From: Candidatus Margulisiibacteriota bacterium
GTDB lineage: Bacteria > Margulisbacteria > Marinamargulisbacteria > JBFWNS01
Direction: 5' to 3'
DNA: 64,000 bases
Assembly (NCBI GenBank): GCA_050250935.1
Contig: JBFWNS010000002.1
Span: 1-64,000 of the forward strand
Made by a program: the position numbers and the translations under genes. Of this stretch, positions 38,315 to 48,011 are shown piece after piece. The notes below the pieces were generated by a model that saw only the letters and a program-made list of their open reading frames with translations, searched no databases and had not been told where the DNA came from. Positions within the stretch are counted from its first letter, which is position 1. The number at the start of each line of letters is the position of its first letter.

Positions 38315-41300
38315 ATGAAAAAACTCAGTCTTTTGGTCTTTGGATTTGTTCTTTTCTTTTTGCCTTTGTCCTTGAATGCCCAAGAATTTAAAGTATCGAC
38401 CACACCGAACCCCGCTGTTCCTGGCCAGAAATTACGGTTTACCGTTCAAACCAAAACCCCCATTCAAAAAGCCTCTATTGTTTTTTCTAGCACCACTAAA
38501 ATTAGCCTAAACGCCATTGGAAAAGGCCTGTATACCGGCAGCTATTTGGTTCCGGCTTCTACCAAGCCTGGCGCTTATTCTGCCAAGTTGTATGTGGTCT
38601 TGCCCCGGGAAGAAAAAGGATTTTTGATTACCCTGTCCTACACCGTGGGGTCAGATCCGTCAAAAACCGACAGCGGAACAACCGATCAGATTGGCCAATC
38701 CAAGTCTTTGGCCAGTATGGACTTAAACATCAAAATCGACGAACTTGAAACCAGCGTTGATCAGCTTCAACAAAACAAAAAAACATTGGAAAACCGCATT
38801 AAAGATCTTCAAAAACAGCTTCAAGATCTCAAAAATGCTAAGCCAGAAAAAAAGCCAGCCTCTCCTGAACAAAGCCAAGCCATCAAAGATATTGAAGAAA
38901 AAACCAAAAATTTAAAGCAGCTTCAAGATAGCCTTGCTGCCGAAAAAAAAGAATTGGCCCACAAAACAGAAGCCTATCAAAAACAATTGTTTGATCTTTC
39001 AAACACCGAAAAAACCCTTAAGGCCAAGGAACAAAAGCTTTCCGAAATCGAAAGCCAATTAAGTGTTCGGCAAACCGGTCTAACCGAAGCCGAGCGCCGT
39101 TTGTCCCAGCAACAATTTGTGGTGGATCAACGCGAAGAGCAGCTCAGCCAACGGGAAATGAATCTTTCTAAAATCGAAGAAAACCTAACCCAACAGGACC
39201 GTCAGGTTCGGGAGTTGGAACAACGCATTTCAAAAGAAAAAGAAAGCCTAAGTCAAAAACAAACCCAAATCACTGCCAAAGAAGCCACACTGGGAACCCT
39301 GTCCCAGCAAATCAAAGACAAAGACGCCGAACTTCGGGAATACAACAAGCGCCTTGAGAACCAAGAAATGGTGTTATCATCGCAAAAAAGCGAGATCGAT
39401 GCCGCCAAAAAGACCCTTGGTTTCGAGCAAAACAAGCTCAATAAAATCCGTAATCAACTGTCCCAACAAAAGCAGGCTTACGATGCAGAATCTCAAAAGC
39501 TGGCGGCCCAAATTGCGGAGTACGAAAAACAAAAATCCAAAACTGATGCCAGCAACCAAGCACAACAAAACGCCCTTAACCAACGCAAACTTGCCTTGGA
39601 TCAAGCCAAGATCGCCTTGGACAACAAGCGGTCCGAATTGGAAAAAAACGAAGCCTCTCAAGCCGCCAAACAAGAAGAGCTCAACAAAACATCCCAAGCC
39701 TTGACCACGTTATATTCCCTGTTCAAAGAACGTCAGGACTATTTGACTTCGGTTAAAGGCAACATGGAAGCCCTCAAAGCCGATTTCGATGCCAAATACG
39801 AATACATTAAAGAGCTTCGAACCTGGGTAACCAAGAAAAACGAGGTTATGGAAAAAGCCTATGTGAGCGCCCAAAAAGAATCTGCCTCTCGCCAACAAAA
39901 ACTGGAAGAACGCCTCGAAGAAATGCAAGGACTCTCAAAATCTTTGGAAAATCAATCCAAATATGTGGGTGATTTAAATCTTAAATTGATCGAGCAAAAC
40001 GAAAAACTGCGCCAGCAATTGGAAACCGTCAAAAAACCCAGCTACCCTTACCGCTTTTCCATCACGCCAGGGTTGGGGTATCACTTTTTTAGTTCGACAA
40101 CCTATTCCAGTGGCCCAGAGGCTGGGTTAAAAGTGGGTTATATTTTGAACGATCAATGGTCTTTGGAAGCCGGTGGTTCGATCATTTCGACCCAAATTCA
40201 AAGCTCTTCGGTTAATAAATTTTTGTTTGGCTATACCGTGGATGTCATGTACCGCTACCCCATTTCTGCAACCACAGAACTGTATGCCCTGCCTGGGATT
40301 GCCGGCATCGTTAACAACAGCAACCCCAATTTTTTCTTCGGGGCTGGGCTTCGGTTCAACAGCAGCGACGACTTTGCTTCTTTTTGTGAATTTAGAAAAG
40401 GAACCGATACGGTTATTGGATTTGGGTTTGAGCAAAAAATAAAAAATCCAGACCAATGGTTTGCCCAAGCTGCACCCATCGAACAACCAGTAAAACTTGA
40501 TCTCCCTGTTCAAAAACCAGTGGTTGATGGATTTAGTGTTGCTTTAAAAGTACCCTCCAACCGCTACCAATACACCTTCGAAAACCCACGCTTTACAGAC
40601 ATGGATAATCACTGGGCCCTCAAAGAAGTTCTGTTGCTGACCAAGCTGAAAATTCTGGATGGCCGAGAAGAAACCGTTCGAACGTTTGATCCTAAAACCA
40701 GAATCTACAGCTCTCGCATTCAACGTGTTTTTGATCCCAGGGCTACCATTACCAAAGCCGAAATGACAAAACTGTTGGTTCTGACAGCCTTTTTGGACGA
40801 AATTTACGACGAGCCCACCACCACCATCAACTATACCGTGGTCGGAAAACCCAATGCCCTTTACGAGACCTCTTTAACTGTTCAAACCCCATCCGGAGAC
40901 GTTGTCTCTACCCTAGCGTCTGGACGGGAAAAACCCAGTAGCCATGCCCTGATTTGGGAAGGAGACGATCCTGCTTCTAAGAAAAAATTGGATCAAGGTA
41001 CTTATACTTTTGTGTTGACTGCCACCGACGCCAGCATTCCCACTGCTCCGGTTGTTCGCACCGAAACAAGAGATCTGGTGTTGGTTAATTTAACAACACC
41101 GATGTTCGAGAGCACAGCACCAGATGCGCCTTTCAAAGACATTCCTGGCGACTATTGGTGTAAACCCTACATCAACACTGCCGTTCAATTTGGCATTTTT
41201 GAATCGGGCACTACGTTTGATCCCAAAAAACCCGTGCGTCGTATCGAGTTTATCGATGCCATTGCCAAAACCCTATTGTACTGGGGTGCCCAAGAGCCCA

Positions 41301-41518
41301 AAATCAATTTGGATCTTGGTTTCTACAAAGATGCCCAGAAAATTCCCAAAGAGTATTTGTCGATTATGCCCGTTTATGTGAACGAATTGGGCTATGGTGG
41401 AGACCCCAAACATTATCTCGATCCGCTGTCCCCCATTAACCGTGCAGAAGCCGCCATTTTGTTAAGCAAGTTAATCGATTGGCGCAAAGCACATCCCGGT
41501 GTCACCAAACCCCACTGA
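38315..41518 (+). CDS. Exported Ig-like + long coiled coil + OM barrel + SLH/FlgD-Ig protein
   Basis: Signal peptide; K/E/Q-rich heptads at ~aa135-570; barrel; FTDMDNHWA, ITKAE, WEG.D......GTY.F.L, FKDIP.DYW, INRAEAA. Confidence 0.8.
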   Translation: MKKLSLLVFGFVLFFLPLSLNAQEFKVSTTPNPAVPGQKLRFTVQTKTPIQKASIVFSSTTKISLNAIGKGLYTGSYLVPASTKPGAYSAKLYVVLPREEKGFLITLSYTVGSDPSKTDSGTTDQIGQSKSLASMDLNIKIDELETSVDQLQQNKKTLENRIKDLQKQLQDLKNAKPEKKPASPEQSQAIKDIEEKTKNLKQLQDSLAAEKKELAHKTEAYQKQLFDLSNTEKTLKAKEQKLSEIESQLSVRQTGLTEAERRLSQQQFVVDQREEQLSQREMNLSKIEENLTQQDRQVRELEQRISKEKESLSQKQTQITAKEATLGTLSQQIKDKDAELREYNKRLENQEMVLSSQKSEIDAAKKTLGFEQNKLNKIRNQLSQQKQAYDAESQKLAAQIAEYEKQKSKTDASNQAQQNALNQRKLALDQAKIALDNKRSELEKNEASQAAKQEELNKTSQALTTLYSLFKERQDYLTSVKGNMEALKADFDAKYEYIKELRTWVTKKNEVMEKAYVSAQKESASRQQKLEERLEEMQGLSKSLENQSKYVGDLNLKLIEQNEKLRQQLETVKKPSYPYRFSITPGLGYHFFSSTTYSSGPEAGLKVGYILNDQWSLEAGGSIISTQIQSSSVNKFLFGYTVDVMYRYPISATTELYALPGIAGIVNNSNPNFFFGAGLRFNSSDDFASFCEFRKGTDTVIGFGFEQKIKNPDQWFAQAAPIEQPVKLDLPVQKPVVDGFSVALKVPSNRYQYTFENPRFTDMDNHWALKEVLLLTKLKILDGREETVRTFDPKTRIYSSRIQRVFDPRATITKAEMTKLLVLTAFLDEIYDEPTTTINYTVVGKPNALYETSLTVQTPSGDVVSTLASGREKPSSHALIWEGDDPASKKKLDQGTYTFVLTATDASIPTAPVVRTETRDLVLVNLTTPMFESTAPDAPFKDIPGDYWCKPYINTAVQFGIFESGTTFDPKKPVRRIEFIDAIAKTLLYWGAQEPKINLDLGFYKDAQKIPKEYLSIMPVYVNELGYGGDPKHYLDPLSPINRAEAAILLSKLIDWRKAHPGVTKPH

Positions 41519-42632
41519 TTCTTGGATTCTCGCCCTTACCCAGTGGTATGAGGCCAACGCCCGTCAGCTTCCCTGGCGGGCAAGAGGGTCTGCCCTAGCC
41601 AATCCCTATCACGTGTGGTTGTCCGAGATGATGCTCCAACAAACCCAAGTGGATACCGTCATCCCCTATTTCAACCGTTTCATCGCCCAATTTCCCACGG
41701 TGTTTGATCTGGCCAAGGCCGACCAAGAAACCGTTCTTAAAGCTTGGGAGGGATTGGGCTATTATTCTCGGGCACGGAATCTCCACAAAGCGGCCATTCT
41801 TATTGCCGGCGAACAGAATGGCCAGCTGCCACCCGACTATCTTGCGCTTCAAACCCTGCCTGGAATTGGCCCTTACGCCGCTGCGGCGATTGCCAGCATT
41901 GCCTTCGAAGAACCCGTTCCTGTTGTCGATGGGAATGTGTTTCGGGTTTTTACGCGGTTTTGGGGCATTTACGACGATATCAAACTCCCAACAACCAAAA
42001 CCCTGCTGTTCAATCGCCTAAAACCCGCCGTCGAACAGGCCAAGCCCTCGGTGTTTAACCAGGCCATGATGGAGGTAGGAGCCCTGATTTGTAAGCCCAA
42101 AAATCCGTTGTGTGAACAGTGTCCCTTGCAACCCAACTGCTATGCGGCTGCGCATCAAGCCACCCAGACCTTGCCGGTTAAAACCCCGTTGCCTAAAACG
42201 CCCCATCATCACATTGGGGTTGGGGTGCTCTGGCACGATGGCAAACTCCTCATTAGCAAGCGCAAAGAAAGCCAAATGTTGGGTGGCCTCTGGGAATTTC
42301 CGGGAGGAAAACAAGAAGAGAACGAAAGCATCGCAGAAACCATCGTTCGGGAATTCAAAGAAGAAACCGACTTAACCATCGCTGTTGGACAGCCTGTGGC
42401 TGTGGTCAAACACGCCTACACCCACTTCAAAATCACCCTTCACGCCTTTCACTGCAGCTTGGTTTCGGGGACGCCCAAGGCCTTGTCGAGCGATGGTCTT
42501 CGGTGGATTTTACCCGAAGAACTCAAAACCTTGCCTTTTCCAAAAGCCAATCAGCGGGTCATCGAAGCGCTGCTTAACGAGACAACGGACTTACCGCTTT
42601 TTTCGATAAGCCGCGACGGCAAACCCCAATAA
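41499..42632 (+). CDS. mutY: A/G-specific adenine glycosylase with C-terminal Nudix domain
   Basis: LPWR, VWLSE.MLQQT, GLGYYSRARNL, LPGIGPY, VDGNV, 4Fe-4S CX6CX2CX5C, WEFPGG Nudix box. Confidence 0.95.
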   Translation: MSPNPTDSWILALTQWYEANARQLPWRARGSALANPYHVWLSEMMLQQTQVDTVIPYFNRFIAQFPTVFDLAKADQETVLKAWEGLGYYSRARNLHKAAILIAGEQNGQLPPDYLALQTLPGIGPYAAAAIASIAFEEPVPVVDGNVFRVFTRFWGIYDDIKLPTTKTLLFNRLKPAVEQAKPSVFNQAMMEVGALICKPKNPLCEQCPLQPNCYAAAHQATQTLPVKTPLPKTPHHHIGVGVLWHDGKLLISKRKESQMLGGLWEFPGGKQEENESIAETIVREFKEETDLTIAVGQPVAVVKHAYTHFKITLHAFHCSLVSGTPKALSSDGLRWILPEELKTLPFPKANQRVIEALLNETTDLPLFSISRDGKPQ

Positions 42633-43136
42633 GACCGCCAAAATAACCAAGGACGCCAAGCTCCACAGGGTATTGGCCGTGTCTTTTAAATAAACCACCA
42701 TCACGATGCCCACCAACAACACCGTTGGGACTTCGTTCAGCAAGCGCAATTTAAACGAGGTCCAGGTACAAACGTCGTGCACCAATTGTTTTCGAATGGC
42801 GCCACATAAAAAATGATAGGCCACCAACAGCAATACCAAAAACAATTTAAAGTGAAACCAAGGCTCCAAATACGCCGATGTTTTCCAGGCCAAGGTTCCG
42901 CCAAACGCCACCGTCATCACCATGGCTGGCCAGGTGATGGCATACCACAACCGTCGTTCCATAATGGCGAACTGGGCTTTCAAGATGCCTTGATCCGGCT
43001 CGGGTTTGTTTTTGGCTTCGGTGTGATAAATAAACAGTCGGACGATATAAAACAACCCTGCAAACCAAGCCACCACCGACACCACATGCAGGGCTTTAAG
43101 GATTTGAAGCAAGGGCAACTGGGTCAGTTCAAGCAT
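42591..43136 (-). CDS. hemJ: Protoporphyrinogen IX oxidase HemJ (CopD family)
   Basis: KALH...V.WFAGLFY..RLFIYH, MERRL...I..PAM, W.H.K, R..NEVPT. Confidence 0.92.
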   Translation of the reverse strand: MLELTQLPLLQILKALHVVSVVAWFAGLFYIVRLFIYHTEAKNKPEPDQGILKAQFAIMERRLWYAITWPAMVMTVAFGGTLAWKTSAYLEPWFHFKLFLVLLLVAYHFLCGAIRKQLVHDVCTWTSFKLRLLNEVPTVLLVGIVMVVYLKDTANTLWSLASLVILAVLLGFAVAAYRKKR

Positions 43137-45885
43137 GGGCCAAGGCCTCTTTGCAGCGCTCGCACAACACATCAGAGATGGGCAATACCCGCCAGCACCG
43201 CTCGCACTTGGATCCCTCGGCCTTTTTGACCTTAAAAGGCAGGGTAAGCCCCGAATCTTGCTTAACCTGGCTTACGATAAACAGCGATTCAAAATCATCG
43301 AAGTCCGGCAAATTTTTGGGGTTTAAACAAACTTCGGCCTCCATAAAACTTTTGATGGTTTTTTCGTTTCGCAGGGCTTCCAGGTCTTTATACACCGCGT
43401 CTTTTAAGGACAAAAGTTGGGTCCATTTGGCCGACAAGTCTGGATTCTCCCAGGTTGGATTGGGGTTTGGAAGCGCTTCTAGATGGACACTGTCGCATTT
43501 GTTGGGCTTGTCGAAGTGTTGATAGGCATCTTCGGCGGTAAAAACCAAAACGGGAGCCAACAACCGAATGAGGGTATCGGCCATCTGCCACAGCACGGTT
43601 TGGGTGCTGCGCCTCACCTTGCCAGATTTTGGCGCACAATACAGCCGGTCTTTAACCATATCCAAATACAAAGCACTCAGTGTTACCGCACAAAATTCGT
43701 GAAGGCCGTGGGTAACCCCATGCAGCTGAAACATCTCGTAGGCGGTTCTTGTTTTTTGAATCAGGGCATTCAGTTCGGCCAAAGCCCATTGGTCGATGCT
43801 GCTTAATTCGGCATATGGCAAGGCATCTGTTTGGGCATTAAAATCGAATAAATTGCTCAGGCAAAACCGAATGGTGTTTCGAACTTTAGAAAACGAATCT
43901 CGGGATTGATTCAGAATGGGTTTTGAAATGCTGATGTCGTCTTTGAAATCGGCCGAAGCAATCCACCACCGCAACACATCGGCCCCATATTCTTTGATGA
44001 CAGACTGTGGGGCGATGACATTACCCAAAGACTTGCTCATTTTTTTGCCTTTGTCGTCCACCAAAAAGCCATGGGTCAACACCGACTGATACGGGGCAAG
44101 ACCGGCAGCCCCCAACCCAATCAGCAAGGAGGATTGGAACCAGCCGCGGTGTTGGTCGGATCCTTCCAAATACAGGTCGGCCGGAAAGGTTACCCCCTCC
44201 CCTGCTCGGGCTTTTAACACGGCACCAAAACTGGCTCCAGATTCAAACCATACATCCAAAATATCGGCTTCTTTTTTAAAGTGATTTCCACCGCAACCCG
44301 AACAAACCGCGGTTTTGGGCAACAGTTCTTCGGCTGATTTTGAAAACCAAGCCATGGTCCCGTCTTTGGCCACATGGTCGATAACGGCTTGGTTAAAGGC
44401 CCCGGTCATTTCGGAGTGTCCACAGTCTTGGCAGGTAAAAATAGGCACCGGAATCCCCCAATACCGTTGTCTGGAAATACACCAATCAGGGCGATTTTCG
44501 ATCATGGATTGGATTCGGTTTTCTCCCCAGGCAGGAATCCATTCTGTTGTGGCAATGGCATCTAGCGCGGCTTGGCGCAGGGTTTTTCCCGAAGGCATGG
44601 GTTTGTCCATGGCAATAAACCATTGCTCGGTTGCCCGAAAAATAACGGGATTTTTACAGCGCCAACAATGGGGATAAGAGTGTTTGATAAAGGCCAATTT
44701 CGCCAAATGTCCTTTTTCTTCTAACAGCTGTCCGATGGTTTTATTGGCATCAAACACAAACTGCCCTTCCAAAAAAGGGACCTCTGCGGTGAATTTACCC
44801 TGATCGTTCACGGGCATCACCGTTGGCAAATTGTATTTTCGGCCCACTGCCGCGTCGTCTTGACCATGGCCCGGGGCAATGTGAACAAACCCCGTTCCGT
44901 CTTCTTGGGTCACATAGTCGGCCAACACCAGAGGGGATTCTCGGTCGATAAAGGGGTGTTGGGCTACCAGACCCTGCAATTGAGCCCCAGTCAAAGTTTG
45001 AAAGATTTTCCCTTCCCAGCCCAAACCCGTCAGTACTTTTTCGACCAAGGCTTCGGCCATCAACACCACACGGTCTTGGGTTTCAACCAGGGCATAAGAA
45101 AAGTCTGGGTGAGCTGCAATGGCCACGTTGGAGGGCAAGGTCCAAGGCGTTGTGGTCCATACCAAAATGGACAGTGGCTTTGCTTGTGGTTTAAGTGCCC
45201 CGGCTTCTTTTACCGAAAACAACACAAAAATCGAAGGCGATCGGTGATCGGCATATTCGATTTCAGCCTCGGCCAAAGCCGTTTCGCAATGCATACACCA
45301 ATGAATGGGTTTTCGGCTTTTATACACCAATCCGTTGTCGGCCATTTGACCAAACAACCGAATCACCTCGGTTTCGTAGCCCGGCTGTAGGGTCAGATAG
45401 GGCTTTTCCCATTCTCCCAGAACACCCAGGCGTTTAAATTCGTCTTTTTGGGTGGCCACATAGTCCAAAGCAAAGTCTTTACACCGCTCTCTAAACCAAG
45501 CAATATCGGCTTTTTTATGCTCTTCGCCCTTGCTTTTAAGTGCTTTGATCACTTGGGTTTCGATGGGCAATCCATGGCAATCCCAACCCGGAATATAGAC
45601 TGATTTTGCCCCAGCCATGGTCTTGGACCGAACAATGACGTCTTTAAGAATTTTATTTAAAGCATGGCCCATATGGATGTTGCCATTGGGATACGGGGGT
45701 CCGTCGTGAAGGGTATAGGTAGTTTGGCTGGGTTTATCAGCCATTTTTTGGCTTAACTGAATTTGATCCCAAAACGAGAATAATTCGGGTTCTTTTTCGG
45801 ATAAATTGGCTCGGATATTAAAATCGGTTTGGGGCAGGTTAACGGTGTCTTTAAATGAAGGTGTAGAAGGGGTCTGATCTGACAT
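43129..45885 (-). CDS. ileS: Isoleucine--tRNA ligase (type 1)
   Basis: HDGPPYPNG.IHMGH, GWDCHGLPIE, WTTTPWT, DWCISRQR.WG, EGSDQHRGWF, KMSKS, C-terminal Zn finger. Confidence 0.98.
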   Translation of the reverse strand: MSDQTPSTPSFKDTVNLPQTDFNIRANLSEKEPELFSFWDQIQLSQKMADKPSQTTYTLHDGPPYPNGNIHMGHALNKILKDVIVRSKTMAGAKSVYIPGWDCHGLPIETQVIKALKSKGEEHKKADIAWFRERCKDFALDYVATQKDEFKRLGVLGEWEKPYLTLQPGYETEVIRLFGQMADNGLVYKSRKPIHWCMHCETALAEAEIEYADHRSPSIFVLFSVKEAGALKPQAKPLSILVWTTTPWTLPSNVAIAAHPDFSYALVETQDRVVLMAEALVEKVLTGLGWEGKIFQTLTGAQLQGLVAQHPFIDRESPLVLADYVTQEDGTGFVHIAPGHGQDDAAVGRKYNLPTVMPVNDQGKFTAEVPFLEGQFVFDANKTIGQLLEEKGHLAKLAFIKHSYPHCWRCKNPVIFRATEQWFIAMDKPMPSGKTLRQAALDAIATTEWIPAWGENRIQSMIENRPDWCISRQRYWGIPVPIFTCQDCGHSEMTGAFNQAVIDHVAKDGTMAWFSKSAEELLPKTAVCSGCGGNHFKKEADILDVWFESGASFGAVLKARAGEGVTFPADLYLEGSDQHRGWFQSSLLIGLGAAGLAPYQSVLTHGFLVDDKGKKMSKSLGNVIAPQSVIKEYGADVLRWWIASADFKDDISISKPILNQSRDSFSKVRNTIRFCLSNLFDFNAQTDALPYAELSSIDQWALAELNALIQKTRTAYEMFQLHGVTHGLHEFCAVTLSALYLDMVKDRLYCAPKSGKVRRSTQTVLWQMADTLIRLLAPVLVFTAEDAYQHFDKPNKCDSVHLEALPNPNPTWENPDLSAKWTQLLSLKDAVYKDLEALRNEKTIKSFMEAEVCLNPKNLPDFDDFESLFIVSQVKQDSGLTLPFKVKKAEGSKCERCWRVLPISDVLCERCKEALAHA

Positions 45886-45947
45886 ATCTGGGGCAATTCC
45901 TTTGGCTTTAAAGTGAATGCCCCAGTATATCGTTTTTTTAGGTTTAC

Positions 45948-46058
45948 TTAAAATCTAAAATCATCAGAGAAAAAATCTTCTTTTTCGATCAAGTGAAATA
46001 ATTCTTCAAACTCGGGGTCTACTACCAAAGTGGCTTGGTCAATTCTGGCTTCAATCAT
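45948..46058 (-). CDS. Candidate 36-aa acidic small protein (below the ORF-track cutoff)
   Basis: AAGGAG-AAAACC-ATG; MIEARIDQATLVVDPEFEELFHLIEKEDFFSDDFRF*. Confidence 0.55.
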   Translation of the reverse strand: MIEARIDQATLVVDPEFEELFHLIEKEDFFSDDFRF

Positions 46059-46267
46059 GGTTTTCTCCTTGAAATCGTTGTGTCTTCAAAACAGGGTGAT
46101 ACTGCAGATATGCCCTAAGGATGCCCAATGCAAACATCGAAAATTATTGATCTTTGTAGTTTAAAAAAACTGATCATAAAAGGAACCATTTGACTTTTTG
46201 AAAAAATATTACATAATTCTAAGCATAAAGACTTTACATTTACACAAATCACAAGGGGTTTTTACCT

Positions 46268-46903
46268 ATGAACGACGATCAACTTTTAAAGCACTACATT
46301 CAATTGGCCGAGGTTGTCGCAGAAATGTTCAAACCCCTGGTTGAAACCGTGGTTGTGGATTACCGACACAAAAAAACCAAGATCATTGCCATTTTTAACA
46401 ACAGCATTACCGAACGAAAAGTTGGGGACGATACCACCAACGTGGGTCATCTTCGACTTCAAAACAAAATTCCCGATCGCATGATTGGCTATCCCAACAC
46501 CAGCCCAAAAGGCAACCGCCTAAAATCCACAGCTTTGGCCATTCGCAACCAAAAAGGCGATTTAATCGGTGGCATGGGCATGCATTTGGATGTCAGCCAT
46601 TTCGATCAATTTATGGTGGTGATGCAACAATTTGTTTCTACAGACAAGCCTGTCGAGCTGCAAGAACGGGAAAACTTCCACTATACCGACGCGGCCCAAG
46701 AAATCAGCATGACCATTAAAGCTGTTTTAAGCGAAATGAACTGGCAAGTTCACCGGTTGCGTCCCAAAGATAAAAAGAAATTGTTGGAAATTTTGAAACA
46801 ACGTGGCGTCTTCAAACAACGCAGCGCGGTTTCAACCATCGCCCAAGAATTGGGGATTACCCGTCAATCGGTGTATCAATACCTCAAACAAATGACGGCT
46901 TAA
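46268..46903 (+). CDS. YheO/DauR-like PAS + HTH transcriptional regulator
   Basis: IIAI.N..IT.RKVG, Y...S..G..LKST, GVF....AV..IA..LGITRQSVYQYL. Confidence 0.88.
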   Translation: MNDDQLLKHYIQLAEVVAEMFKPLVETVVVDYRHKKTKIIAIFNNSITERKVGDDTTNVGHLRLQNKIPDRMIGYPNTSPKGNRLKSTALAIRNQKGDLIGGMGMHLDVSHFDQFMVVMQQFVSTDKPVELQERENFHYTDAAQEISMTIKAVLSEMNWQVHRLRPKDKKKLLEILKQRGVFKQRSAVSTIAQELGITRQSVYQYLKQMTA

Positions 46904-46919
46904 AACCCCCGAAAAATAT

Positions 46920-47771
46920 CTAGATTTCTTCTTTGGCTGAAACCGCATTCAGAATGGCAGTCAGCTGATTAAAAGGGGGCCGGGTTTCGTTCACAGCCAA
47001 TTCGGCCCCAAGCCCAGTGTCTTTAACCCAAACGCCAGACACCCCCAAATGGGTCTGAAAGGCCAGTAAGTTTTCGATCAAATCGTCGATCATGAAGACA
47101 TTGGAATCGGTTGTAATACCAGATTTGGATAGGGTTTCTTGAACCAACCCTAAAAATGCAGCATGGGGTTTTCCAGCCCAGACCACGGGGGTGCATTTCT
47201 CTAGAATTTCTGCAAAATAGCCCACGACCGGAATTTTAATCCCCCGCTGCCCCATCACAAACCGATCGGGATTACAGCAAATAATGGGAAACCCGATGTT
47301 GGTCTTTATAAACGTTTCGATCTTTTCAAAAAGCGGATCATGCGCTTCCCAGGTATCCAAGGTGCTGGTCATGACCAATACTTCTGATGCCTCGATTTGG
47401 GACACGATTTCGGCTGGATTGGCCATTTGGACATAGCCATAAGAGCGCTCGGGGCCCAGTACAAAAACCCGTTTATTTTGAATCAAGTTTCTACAAACAG
47501 GGTCGTGACCCAAGGCCAATCCCGAAGACAAGACTTGGTCTTCAGTAATGATAATGCCCATGGTGGCCAGTCGCTTGACCATTAACGATTGTGGATCTGT
47601 GGAATTGTTGGTGACCACCCAGATGGGCGTGGTTTGTTGGAGTCCTGTCAGACATCTGCCAATCCCAGGAATAGGACCATATTCGTTATACAACGTTCCA
47701 ACAGCATCAAACAGAACAGCGGTTGGAGATTGGTGTTTTAGCAGAAAATTTAAGGTGGGGAAGGTATTCAT
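46920..47771 (-). CDS. HAD-IIA family hydrolase
   Basis: FDAVGTL, VTNNS, NPD, GKP, MIDD. Confidence 0.8.
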   Translation of the reverse strand: MNTFPTLNFLLKHQSPTAVLFDAVGTLYNEYGPIPGIGRCLTGLQQTTPIWVVTNNSTDPQSLMVKRLATMGIIITEDQVLSSGLALGHDPVCRNLIQNKRVFVLGPERSYGYVQMANPAEIVSQIEASEVLVMTSTLDTWEAHDPLFEKIETFIKTNIGFPIICCNPDRFVMGQRGIKIPVVGYFAEILEKCTPVVWAGKPHAAFLGLVQETLSKSGITTDSNVFMIDDLIENLLAFQTHLGVSGVWVKDTGLGAELAVNETRPPFNQLTAILNAVSAKEEI

Positions 47772-47823
47772 TCGGGGGTCTAGTGTACACAGATCGGCGA
47801 ATGCAGACCAGGTGGCTTGGCCC

Positions 47824-47915
47824 AGAAACAAAGAAGGACCGCGATGAAGTTGAGCTAAGGGGGGGGAAACTCTTACTCCATGCGGTCCTTGATGAGAGCG
47901 AATTGCTTCGTCTCT
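47824..47915 (-). ncRNA. Candidate sRNA or leader: GCAA-tetraloop hairpin + long hairpin with C8 loop and U-rich tail
   Basis: AGAG-A-CGAA-GCAA-UUCG-CUCU; AAGGACCGC/GCGGUCCUU stem extended by AUGGAGU/ACUUCAU; loop UUCCCCCCCCUUA; then CUUUGUUU. Confidence 0.55.
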
Positions 47916-47921
47916 ATACTA

Positions 47922-47949
47922 TTATCGCTAAAATCCGAAAAAAATTTCA
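47922..47949 (-). promoter_or_regulatory. FliA/sigma28-like promoter
   Basis: Minus strand TGAAA-N15-AGCGATAA directly upstream of the hairpins. Confidence 0.6.
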
Positions 47950-48011
47950 AGAGATTTTTCTTGATGCATTTTTGAGTTCAAAATGGGGACATTGTTTGGT
48001 ATTGTTGGCCC

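Noticed and set aside
47824..47915. Candidate RNA as a c-di-GMP riboswitch or CsrB-like sponge
   Set aside because: Lacks the c-di-GMP-I consensus I would expect; the two GGA motifs are in a stem, not loops
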